NCBI RefSeq assembly: GCF_003324675.1
Contig: NZ_CP030918.1
Coordinates: 2,370,001 to 2,402,000 of the forward strand
Reading direction: 5' to 3'
Origin: Paracoccus suum
GTDB lineage: Bacteria > Pseudomonadota > Alphaproteobacteria > Rhodobacterales > Rhodobacteraceae
Length of the DNA stretch: 32,000 bases
In this document: one piece after another, positions 1 to 7,732 of the stretch
Layout: every line of letters starts with the position of its first letter
How positions within the stretch are numbered: position 1 is the stretch's first letter
Notes under the pieces: model-generated
The model's input: only the letters and a program-made list of their open reading frames with translations
Databases searched by the model: none
What the model was told of the DNA's origin: nothing
Made by a program: the position numbers and the translations under genes

Positions 1-28
1 CCAGGGTGTAAACACGGTCTCCATCGGC

Positions 29-241
29 TCAGGCCCGGCAGGTCTTGACGCCGAGCACGGAATAGACCGGGCAGACACGGGTCACGGCAACGACCAGCAT
101 GACGAGCCCCACGACAGCCGCGCCGTATTTGAGCAGCGCGCCTTCGAAGAGCGGCAGACCGCTCAGAAACGCGAGATAGAGAAGCGCGAGGCCAAGGGCG
201 GCCCGAAAGATACGATCGACGGTTCCAACATTGACGCTCAC
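29..241 (-). CDS. small inner-membrane protein, DUF2892/YgaP-like
   Basis: 70-codon ORF with GTG start at 241 and GGAGG 7 nt upstream. Hydrophobic helices plus a C-terminal CPVYSVLGVKTC motif typical of DUF2892. Confidence 0.6.
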   Translation of the reverse strand: MSVNVGTVDRIFRAALGLALLYLAFLSGLPLFEGALLKYGAAVVGLVMLVVAVTRVCPVYSVLGVKTCRA

Positions 242-296
242 GGCAGATCCTCCAGGATAAAAGCTGTCTGACGAATATAGCTTTGCCGCACAAGCT

Positions 297-315
297 TCAG
301 TGACATTGTCACTGA
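297..315. promoter_or_regulatory. perfect 9-1-9 palindrome TCAGTGACA-T-TGTCACTGA, candidate operator
   Basis: Read directly. Centred about 65 nt upstream of the GTG of the 29..241 gene. A 17/19-identical copy lies at 1544..1562. Confidence 0.5.
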
Positions 316-361
316 GCGCAGGAAAAGTCCGTCGCCGGAGGCCGCGTGCGGGCCGTGTCGA

Positions 362-1027
362 TCAATCGCTCTCGGCGAGTCGCTGCAGGCTTTCGCGGGC
401 GAGCAGCCGGACCCGACCGCGCGCCTGGCTCACGAACCCGCGTTTCTGGAAGTCCTGCAGGACGCGGGACACGACTTCGCGCGCCGTGCCCAGCTCCCGG
501 GCGAGGTCGTCATGCGTCGCCGATACTTCGACAGCCGTGCCGGAGAGAGCGAGCAGCCTTGCCGCGAGGCGCACGTCGATCCGTCCGAAGGCCACCTCGT
601 CCACGACATGCAGGAGATCCAGCAGACGGCGCGAATAGGCCGCAAACACGAACTTGCGAAAGGCCGGTTCCTCCGCCGCCAGCAGATCGAAGGTCTCTTG
701 CGAGAGCGCAACGGCAACGAGCGCCGTTTCCGCCACCCCCTCGGCGTTGTAGGCCTCTTCGGCCAGCATGCAGGCCGTCGTCAGCACGCAGCTTTCACCC
801 GCCTCCACCCGGTATAGCACGATCTCCCGCCCCGACTCGGCCGTTTGCGAGACCCGGAGCGTTCCCTCGACCAGAAACATCAGGTTGTCGGGACGATTAT
901 CGGGGCTGAAGACGGTCTGGCCGCGCGCGTAGCGTGCGACCTGTGCACTGGCGAGCAGCCTGTCGCGCACCGTCCGGGGAAGACCGCGCGTACCCTGGAA
1001 CCGTTCGGTCCAGTCGCCGATGCTCAT
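362..1027 (-). CDS. Crp/Fnr family transcriptional regulator
   Basis: Start MSIGDWTERF at 1027 overlaps the upstream stop (ATGA). Has a cNMP-binding-like beta-roll (LMFLVEGTLRV..GREIVLYRVEAGESC) and a C-terminal HTH (THDDLARELGTAREVVSRVLQDFQKRGFV). The longer 287-aa ORF is a GC-rich extension. Confidence 0.8.
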   Translation of the reverse strand: MSIGDWTERFQGTRGLPRTVRDRLLASAQVARYARGQTVFSPDNRPDNLMFLVEGTLRVSQTAESGREIVLYRVEAGESCVLTTACMLAEEAYNAEGVAETALVAVALSQETFDLLAAEEPAFRKFVFAAYSRRLLDLLHVVDEVAFGRIDVRLAARLLALSGTAVEVSATHDDLARELGTAREVVSRVLQDFQKRGFVSQARGRVRLLARESLQRLAESD

Positions 1028-1494
1028 GTCGCGCTCCGCGTCGGCGCCGGGGCGCCTTTCTCGACGGTCGCGATGCGCCCCAAGAGCTGATCGCGATTGG
1101 CGGAAATGTCCGCCAGCGTGAGATCGTCGAGGACCGCCATGAACGCCCGGGTGGCCTCGTGGAGGCCCCGGGACAGCCGGCAAACCCCGATGAGGGGGCA
1201 TGTGTTCGACGCCGGATTGAAACATTCGACAACATCGAGCGGCCCCTCGGTCAACCTGATGACGTCACCCACGACGATCTCCTCGGCCGGACACGCAAGA
1301 CGGAACCCGCCGCCCCGCCCGCGCTGGGTCTTGACGAAGCCGGCGCGCCCCAGCTCGTGGACGATCTTCACGATGTGCGGCCGGGCCAGCCCATGCACCC
1401 GCACCACGTCATCGACGCGGATGAGATCCGGCGCCCTGAGTGCGGCAAGTTGAAGCGATCGAAGCGCGTAGTTGGAATATGCCGTGAGCTTCAT
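1024..1494 (-). CDS. Rrf2 family transcriptional regulator, NsrR-like (three-Cys Fe-S ligand motif)
   Basis: MKLTAYSNYALRSL N-terminal wHTH typical of Rrf2. Cys cluster ECFNPASNTCPLIGVCRL resembles the NsrR/IscR cluster ligands. Confidence 0.85.
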   Translation of the reverse strand: MKLTAYSNYALRSLQLAALRAPDLIRVDDVVRVHGLARPHIVKIVHELGRAGFVKTQRGRGGGFRLACPAEEIVVGDVIRLTEGPLDVVECFNPASNTCPLIGVCRLSRGLHEATRAFMAVLDDLTLADISANRDQLLGRIATVEKGAPAPTRSAT

Positions 1495-1543
1495 CTATGT
1501 CTCCCGATGAAACTTCTACCCAGCATATAACTTTTTTGCAAGC

Positions 1544-1562
1544 TGGGTGACAATGTCACTGA
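1544..1562. promoter_or_regulatory. second copy of the GTGAC-N3-GTCAC palindrome (TGGGTGACAATGTCACTGA), candidate operator
   Basis: Perfect core at 1547..1559. Lies in the middle of the 119-bp divergent region, about 59 nt from the Rrf2 start and about 61 nt from the peroxiredoxin start. Matches the 297..315 site (reverse orientation) at 17 of 19 positions. Confidence 0.5.
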
Positions 1563-1613
1563 ACGGCACGGCGAGGCGCGGTATCTGCCGGGCAACCCAC
1601 GAAAGGAAACATC

Positions 1614-2246
1614 ATGCCTCTGCTTCTCGGAGATATCGTTCCAGACTTCACCGCTGACACGACGCTCGGACCGATCTCGTTCCATGACTGGATCGGGGAT
1701 GACTGGGCCTTCTTCTTCAGCCACCCGGCGGACTTCACGCCGGTCTGCACCACCGAGATGGGCCGGACATCGCAACTCAGCGCCGAGTTCGACAAGCGCG
1801 GCGTCAAGCCGATCGGGCTCAGCACCGACACGGTCGACGAGCATCTGAAATGGATCGAGGATGTGAACGACACGCAGAACACGAGGCTGCGATTTCCCAT
1901 CGTCGCGGACCCGGATCTGAAGATCGCGCGGCTCTACGACATGATCCATCCGGCCCAGTCCGAGACCGCCGCCGTGCGCTCGGTCTTCATCATTGACAAC
2001 GCGAAGAAGCTGCGCCTGACGATGACCTACCCGATGAGTGTCGGGCGCAATTTCGATGAGATCCTGCGCGTGATCGACGCCTTGAAGACCGGTGACGCCA
2101 TGGGCGTGGCGCTGCCTGCAGACTGGCGTCCCGGCGACGAGGTCATCATCCCGACGTCGATCGACGACGTCGCGGCGAAGGGTCTCTTCCCGCAGGGCTG
2201 GACGACGCACCGTCCCTACTTGCGAACCACGCGCCTGCAAGATTGA
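1614..2246 (+). CDS. 1-Cys (Prx6-type) peroxiredoxin
   Basis: MPLLLGDIVPDF...WAFFFSHPADFTPVCTTE peroxidatic-Cys motif. GGAAAC-type RBS upstream. 210 aa. Confidence 0.9.
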   Translation: MPLLLGDIVPDFTADTTLGPISFHDWIGDDWAFFFSHPADFTPVCTTEMGRTSQLSAEFDKRGVKPIGLSTDTVDEHLKWIEDVNDTQNTRLRFPIVADPDLKIARLYDMIHPAQSETAAVRSVFIIDNAKKLRLTMTYPMSVGRNFDEILRVIDALKTGDAMGVALPADWRPGDEVIIPTSIDDVAAKGLFPQGWTTHRPYLRTTRLQD

Positions 2247-2279
2247 TTATTGTTCACAAACGAGAAGGATAGAGACAAC

Positions 2280-2711
2280 ATGAGACGTTTTGCATTCGCG
2301 GCGCTGGCCTTGGTGGGTCTCGCCGGAGCCGCGCAGGCGCAGGAAGCGCCGGAGTTGGTGACGGTCCTTGCCTCGGGAGACGCGCAAACTCAGCTGATGG
2401 GCATGGTTCTGACCATGCAGGCGGTTCAGCAAGGTGCCGAGGCACACATCCTGCTCTGCGGCCCGGCCGGCGACCTGGCCCTGAACGATGCCCCCGCCTC
2501 GGTGACCGCTCCGCAGGAGCCGCAGGGCATGAGCCCCCAAGGGCTGATGCAGAAGATCATGGAAACCGGCACCCAGGTCGAGGTCTGCGCGATCTACCTG
2601 CCGAACAAGGGCGCAGGTCCTGAGGTCTTGCTCGACGGAATCACCCCCGCTGACCCTGCGGCAATGGCCGCGCGGCTGCTGACGCCGAACGCGCGCATCC
2701 TGTCCTTCTAA
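2280..2711 (+). CDS. small secreted protein, possibly DsrE/DsrF-like fold (function tentative)
   Basis: ATG at 2280 gives signal peptide MRRFAFAALALVGLAGAAQA-QE. The mature part has a Rossmann-like alternation with conserved Cys (HILLCGPAG, VEVCAIY). Sits between prx and cydA on the same strand. Confidence 0.55.
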   Translation: MRRFAFAALALVGLAGAAQAQEAPELVTVLASGDAQTQLMGMVLTMQAVQQGAEAHILLCGPAGDLALNDAPASVTAPQEPQGMSPQGLMQKIMETGTQVEVCAIYLPNKGAGPEVLLDGITPADPAAMAARLLTPNARILSF

Positions 2712-2768
2712 ACCGCGCCCAGCGGGCGGCCGCGCCGCCCCTCCTACCGCCACCTCGGAAACCAACTC

Positions 2769-4217
2769 ATGCTCGCCTCCTTCGACGCAGTGCTCCTGGC
2801 CCGCATTCAGTTCGCCTTCACGGTGAGCTTCCACTTTCTCTTCCCGGCCTTCACCATCGGCCTCGCGAGCTACCTCGCGGTGCTCAACGGGCTGTGGCTC
2901 TGGACGAAGGATCACAAGTATCTCGATCTCTTCCGCTATTGGGTGAAGATCTTCGCGCTGGCCTTTGCGATGGGCGTCGTGTCGGGCATCGTGATGTCCT
3001 ACCAGTTCGGCACGAACTGGTCGGTTTTCTCCGACAAGGCCGGGCCGGTCATCGGTGCACCAATGGCCTACGAGGTGCTCTCGGCCTTCTTCCTGGAGGC
3101 GGGCTTCCTCGGGATCATGCTGTTCGGGCGCGAGCGCGTGGGGCCGGGTCTGCACATGGCCGCGACCGCAGCAGTGGCCTTCGGTACGTTTTTCTCGGCC
3201 TTCTGGATTCTCAGCGTGAACAGCTGGATGCAGACGCCCGCGGGATTCTCCATCGATCCGGACACCGGCCAGTTTCTGCCTGAGAACTTCTGGGAGATCA
3301 TCTTCAATCCCTCGTTCCCCTATCGCCTCATGCACACGGTGACGGCCGCCTACCTGACGACGGCCTTCATCGTGGGCGGCGTGGCGGCCTTCCACCTGTT
3401 GCGCCGCCGGCGGCGGGGCGAGGCAGTGTCCGAGGCCACCAAGACGATGTTCTCCATGGCGATGTGGATGGCTGCCATCGTGGCCCCGGTGCAGATCTTC
3501 CTAGGAGATCTGCACGGGATCAACACGCTGGAACACCAGCCCGCCAAGGTCATGGCCATGGAGGGCCACTATGAAAGCCATGACCACGGTGCACCGCTCT
3601 ATCTGTTCGGGATCCCCAATGACGAAACGCAAACCCTCGATTACGCGGTCGGCATACCGAAGCTGTCTTCGCTGATCCTCAAGCACGACCTCAATGCTCC
3701 GCTGGACGGTCTCGATACGATCCCCGACGACGAACAACCGCCCGTGGGCATCGTCTTCTGGTCCTTCCGTGTCATGGTCGCCGTGGGCTTTGCCATGCTG
3801 GGCATCGGAGCGTGGTCGCTCTGGGCGCGCTGGCGAGGGCGCCTCTTCGAGGCGCCGTGGCTGCACCGCGCCGCCCTGGCCATGGCGCCCTCAGGGTTGA
3901 TCGCGGTCCTGGCCGGATGGATCACCACCGAGGTCGGACGCCAGCCCTATACGATCTACGGGATGCTGCGCACGGCTGAGAGCGCGGCACCGCTCGACGC
4001 GGCTGCCGTCGGCACCTCGCTCATAGCCTTCATCGTGGTCTACTTCGCCGTCTTCGGCGCAGGCACCTTCTACATCATGCGTTTGATGAGCCGCCCGCCT
4101 GTCTTCGACGAACCGCGTCTCAAGGACGTGACCAAGGGACCAACTCGCACGGCCGGCATCACGCCGGCCATCGAGGAAGCCATGCGGCGCCCGGACGCCG
4201 CCCATCCGGGGGAGTGA
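2769..4217 (+). CDS. cydA: cytochrome bd-type ubiquinol oxidase subunit I (short Q-loop, CIO-like)
   Basis: LARIQFAFTVSFHFLFPAFTIGL N-terminus and the GWITTEVGRQPY motif. 482 aa, multi-TM. Confidence 0.9.
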   Translation: MLASFDAVLLARIQFAFTVSFHFLFPAFTIGLASYLAVLNGLWLWTKDHKYLDLFRYWVKIFALAFAMGVVSGIVMSYQFGTNWSVFSDKAGPVIGAPMAYEVLSAFFLEAGFLGIMLFGRERVGPGLHMAATAAVAFGTFFSAFWILSVNSWMQTPAGFSIDPDTGQFLPENFWEIIFNPSFPYRLMHTVTAAYLTTAFIVGGVAAFHLLRRRRRGEAVSEATKTMFSMAMWMAAIVAPVQIFLGDLHGINTLEHQPAKVMAMEGHYESHDHGAPLYLFGIPNDETQTLDYAVGIPKLSSLILKHDLNAPLDGLDTIPDDEQPPVGIVFWSFRVMVAVGFAMLGIGAWSLWARWRGRLFEAPWLHRAALAMAPSGLIAVLAGWITTEVGRQPYTIYGMLRTAESAAPLDAAAVGTSLIAFIVVYFAVFGAGTFYIMRLMSRPPVFDEPRLKDVTKGPTRTAGITPAIEEAMRRPDAAHPGE

Positions 4218-4222
4218 GAACA

Positions 4223-5254
4223 ATGCCGATCGCAGAAGGGGTCGCATTCGACCTAACCTTTGTCTGGGGCTTCCTTATCGCCTTCGCCGTGCTCATCTAC
4301 GTGGTGCTCGACGGATTCGACCTCGGTCTGGGCATGCTTTTCGCCGTTGAGCCCGAGAGGCGCCACCGCGACGTGATGATGAACTCGGTTGCCCCCGTCT
4401 GGGACGGGAACGAGACTTGGCTCGTTCTTGGGGGCGGAGGCCTCTTTGCGGCGTTCCCGCTAGCCTATGCGCTGATCCTGCCGGCGCTCTATGCGCCGAT
4501 CATAGCCATGCTGCTGGCGCTTATCTTTCGAGGGGTTGCCTTCGAGTTTCGCTGGCGCACCGAGCGTTGGCGTGGTGTCTGGGACGTTGCCTTCATCGGC
4601 GGCTCCGCGGTGGCCGCTCTCAGCCAGGGCATCGCACTCGGCGCGCTCCTCCAGGGCATCACCATCGACAAGGCCGCTCGGGCCTATGCAGGCGGCTGGT
4701 GGGACTGGCTGACGCCTTTCTCGGTGACGGTCGGTTTGGCCGTCATGGTTGGCTACATGCTCCTCGGGGCGACTTGGCTCATCATGAAAACCGATGGCGA
4801 GCTTCAGGATCGTATGCGTACCCGCGCTTGGATCCTGGGCGTCGCAACGGTTGCGTTCATCGGCGCGGTCAGCCTTTGGACTCCGTTCTTGCAAGAGGGA
4901 TACTTCGTGCGCTGGTTCGCTGGCACCCGCATCTTTCTGGCCGTGCTGGTGGGCGCCGCGGTCCTAGGCCTCGCGGTCCTCATGTTCCGGGCTCTTCACG
5001 TGCACCGCCACGACTACTGGCCCTTCATGCTGGCGTTGGCGATGTTTGGTCTATGCTTCGTTGGTCTCGGCATCTGCATGTTCCCCTATATCGTCCCGAC
5101 CGAGGTCACACTGTGGGAGGCGGCCGCCCCTTACAGAAGCCAACTCTTCATGATCATCGGCGCGGGCATCCTGATCCCGATCATCCTCGCCTATACTGGC
5201 TATGCTTACTGGGTGTTCCGGGGGAAGGTCGATCCCGAGGCGGGGTACCATTGA
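4223..5254 (+). CDS. cydB: cytochrome bd-type ubiquinol oxidase subunit II
   Basis: VLDGFDLGLGMLF motif, multi-TM. ATG 4223 has GGGGAG upstream. An alternative GTG at 4214 overlaps the cydA stop. Confidence 0.88.
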   Translation: MPIAEGVAFDLTFVWGFLIAFAVLIYVVLDGFDLGLGMLFAVEPERRHRDVMMNSVAPVWDGNETWLVLGGGGLFAAFPLAYALILPALYAPIIAMLLALIFRGVAFEFRWRTERWRGVWDVAFIGGSAVAALSQGIALGALLQGITIDKAARAYAGGWWDWLTPFSVTVGLAVMVGYMLLGATWLIMKTDGELQDRMRTRAWILGVATVAFIGAVSLWTPFLQEGYFVRWFAGTRIFLAVLVGAAVLGLAVLMFRALHVHRHDYWPFMLALAMFGLCFVGLGICMFPYIVPTEVTLWEAAAPYRSQLFMIIGAGILIPIILAYTGYAYWVFRGKVDPEAGYH

Positions 5255-5364
5255 TGTCCAGTCGATCCCGATACTCGCGCTGGCTGTGGTTCGTCGGATT
5301 GTGGATCGCCAGCGTTAGCGCTCTGGCCATGATCGCTTTCGTGATCCGCCTCGCAATATCTTGA
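5254..5364 (+). CDS. 36-aa single-TM peptide following cydB (DUF2474/CydX-like accessory peptide)
   Basis: ATG overlaps the cydB stop (TGATG). Sequence MSSRSRYSRWLWFVGLWIASVSALAMIAFVIRLAIS has a basic N-terminus plus one TM. Position matches known small cyd-operon peptides. Confidence 0.55.
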   Translation: MSSRSRYSRWLWFVGLWIASVSALAMIAFVIRLAIS

Positions 5365-5785
5365 TTGGCGACCGCTTGTTGACCTTGAAAGAAGACTGAG
5401 TGCACCGGTTTATGCCCGTCGTTGTCATGATGTCGATCATGTTGCTCCTGCCATGGGGTGCATTCAGTCCGAACGACGCCAAGATCGGCGCACGAGACCT
5501 TTCCGTCAGAACGACAGTTGTCGCGTCGGACGTCCATGTAGCAACGCCACACCGGAAATGCCGTCTCGGTTCCCTGCCGGGATCGCCCTGTGGTCCGGAC
5601 CTTGCGGCGAACGTGCCCACTTTGGCAGATACCCACGGGCCTGCCGCCGCTACTCTGATCTTTCGATACAGCGAGTGGCTTGGCGACGATCTTGGCCGGA
5701 TACCTCGAACGGGACCTCCCCGACTTTCGTGACCGATCCCGCGCCCCAATGCGCAGCTTCAGTCACGATAACAAGGACAAGTCCC

Positions 5786-6484
5786 ATGCTCACACGTCGC
5801 ACCTTCGCTGCCCTCGGGGTGGCTGCGGGCCTCTCTGCCTGCGCCCGGCCCGAGACCGCCATCGTAACACGAGCGGTTCCGCCCCAACCGCAATATCCCC
5901 CGCTTCCAGACTTCTATGGCGCCATCACGGATGAGCCATATCCCGTGCCCGCGATTCCCGAGGGTTCAATTGCACCGGAATACTGGCGCCAGGAGGTCGA
6001 AAACCGGTGGCCTGGGCATGCCAGAGGCACGATCATCGTCGATCCGGACGCGGCCATGCTTCACTTCGTGGAAAGCCCGCTACAGGCTACGCGCTATGGC
6101 GTAAGCGTCGGTGCGGCGGGCTTTTCATGGGAAGGGACGGCACGCCTTCAGTTTTGTCGCCAATGGCCGCGCTGGAGAGTGCCCGACACGATGATCGCTC
6201 GCCAGCCGGAGCTTGAACCATACTCCGTGGCGAACGGCGGCATGGACCCGGGCGCTGGCAATCCGATGGGCGCCCGAGCTCTCTACCTGTTCCAGAACGG
6301 TGTTGACACGCTGTACCGTGTCCACGGGGATGCCTCTCCGAGAGAACTTGGCCGGGCGGTGTCGTCCGGCTGTATCAGGATGCTGAACCAGGATGTGATC
6401 CACTTGCACGAACGGGCCGTGCACGGAGCGTCAGTCATCGTTCTGCCGTCGATGAAGGCAGAAGGCTTTGCAGAACTCTACTGA
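5786..6484 (+). CDS. L,D-transpeptidase (YkuD domain) lipoprotein
   Basis: MLTRRTFAALGVAAGLSAC lipobox. Catalytic region YRVHGD...SSGCIRMLNQDV. Confidence 0.85.
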   Translation: MLTRRTFAALGVAAGLSACARPETAIVTRAVPPQPQYPPLPDFYGAITDEPYPVPAIPEGSIAPEYWRQEVENRWPGHARGTIIVDPDAAMLHFVESPLQATRYGVSVGAAGFSWEGTARLQFCRQWPRWRVPDTMIARQPELEPYSVANGGMDPGAGNPMGARALYLFQNGVDTLYRVHGDASPRELGRAVSSGCIRMLNQDVIHLHERAVHGASVIVLPSMKAEGFAELY

Positions 6485-6589
6485 TCACCCATGGTGAGAG
6501 TGATGTGCCCCCGATCACAAGAAGATGGGGATTGGGGGCAACAGATGGGCTGGGTCGGGCAGCGACCTCGCCTATGCCCTTTTGATCGA

Positions 6590-7264
6590 TCACCGCCTCC
6601 CCCGCTTCCAATCGTCGAGGCGGGCGTAGATCGTGACCGCGATCCCGCCGAGAGCCACGGCGATGAATACCCAGCGCAACGTGTCGAGATACGGGACCAG
6701 CGGCAGGATGGCGGTCTGGGTCTCCGCCAGGACGCTCTGCGCGACCTCGACCCCGGCTGCGCCCAGCGTCGCCACGCCAGCCGCGCCACTGCCCTTCATG
6801 GTGCGGCTCTGCGCCAAGACTTCGCGCGCGGGCGGCGTCTCAGCCGCAAAGGCAGTCTCCCGGACCGGGAACCGCTCGCCCCACTGCCGCGCGGGCCCAA
6901 GGTCGACGTGGATGAACCCCGATCGCGGGTAAAACCCGAAGCCGAGGAACCCGACCGCGCGCGCCGCGGCCTCGAAGGCCACCGGATCGTGGTTCGCCAT
7001 GGCGATGTCGAAGGCGGCGCCGTCGAGGTGCTTGGAGCGGGTCGCGCCGCCCACGGCGCGGTTGTGCTCGGGGCTGCGGTAGGCGGAGCGGACGATCAGC
7101 GGCTTGCCCAGCCGGTCGCGCAGCGCCTGCAGCTTGTCGAGCGCGGGTTCGTTGACCAGCAGCTTGCCGGTGCCCCGGCAGGCGATCTCGGCCGGGCTGA
7201 AATTCCGCCAGCGCCAGGCACTCTCGGGCACATCGCGCCAATGGCGGTGGAAGGTCGTGGTCAT
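6590..7264 (-). CDS. peptidase M15A-type endolysin with C-terminal transmembrane segment
   Basis: SAYRSPEHNRAVGGATRSKHLDGAAFDI and GFIHVDL zinc-ligand motifs. C-terminal WVFIAVALGGIAVTIYA hydrophobic helix. GGAGG RBS. Confidence 0.8.
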   Translation of the reverse strand: MTTTFHRHWRDVPESAWRWRNFSPAEIACRGTGKLLVNEPALDKLQALRDRLGKPLIVRSAYRSPEHNRAVGGATRSKHLDGAAFDIAMANHDPVAFEAAARAVGFLGFGFYPRSGFIHVDLGPARQWGERFPVRETAFAAETPPAREVLAQSRTMKGSGAAGVATLGAAGVEVAQSVLAETQTAILPLVPYLDTLRWVFIAVALGGIAVTIYARLDDWKRGRR

Positions 7265-7425
7265 GGGGGGCCTCCGAAAACGAGTTGTCGGCCCCTCGCA
7301 GGGCTCGGTGCGTTCGCCGTTCGGGAGGGTCCACTGGACCTTCTCGTCTGCCTTTCAGGCAGACCACGGCTCACCCCGCCACGAGGGCGGGTCATTGCGG
7401 GCTGATGAATGGGGATCGGGCGCGG

Positions 7426-7713
7426 CTAAGGGCTGCCGCCGAAAATCTTGAGCTTGATGGCGATGCCCGCGAGCAGCGCCAGCATGACGCCGGTGGTGAT
7501 CATGCGGACAGCGGTCTGCATGGCCGTCCGCCGCACCAGCCGGATGCAGTCCACCAGGGAGCGCAGATCGCGGATGTCGAGCGCGGCCTCGTCGCCGTCG
7601 AGCCCGACGTCGGCGAGCGCCCGCTTCGCGCCTTCCTCGGCTGCCCGCGTCAGGATCGCCTCGAACTCGGCGTCGGGCATGCGCACGAAGCCCTCGGATC
7701 GGGGTGGTGTCAT
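7426..7713 (-). CDS. small membrane protein, holin candidate (DUF6127-like)
   Basis: 95 aa with a GGGAG RBS, a soluble N-terminal part and one C-terminal TM (ITTGVMLALLAGIAIKL). Lies immediately upstream of the endolysin. Confidence 0.45.
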   Translation of the reverse strand: MTPPRSEGFVRMPDAEFEAILTRAAEEGAKRALADVGLDGDEAALDIRDLRSLVDCIRLVRRTAMQTAVRMITTGVMLALLAGIAIKLKIFGGSP

Positions 7714-7732
7714 CTGATGCTCCCTCTACCGC

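Noticed and set aside
2247-3395. 382-aa minus-strand ORF overlapping the secreted protein gene and cydA.
   Set aside because: It is antisense to clearly recognisable cydA, with an Arg/Glu/His-rich nonsense composition.
5365-5785. 420-bp gap with a 110-aa ORF (5400..5732) that has a signal-like N-terminus.
   Set aside because: Many A/T-ending and rare codons for this genome, no RBS, no recognisable motif. More likely a non-coding leader or degenerate remnant upstream of the L,D-transpeptidase gene. No riboswitch or sRNA could be recognised by eye.
6485-6589. Possible att site at the left prophage boundary (repeated GATCAC motifs).
   Set aside because: The other prophage end and the integrase are outside the window, so no direct repeat pair can be demonstrated. 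No tRNA gene is present here.
7265-7425. 44-codon ORF (MTRPRGGVSRGLPERQ...) ending in an ATGA overlap with the endolysin start, plus two hairpins that could be a terminator.
   Set aside because: The ORF is extremely basic and low-complexity with no membrane or lipobox features. The hairpins lack a downstream U-tract, so an intrinsic terminator call is unsupported.
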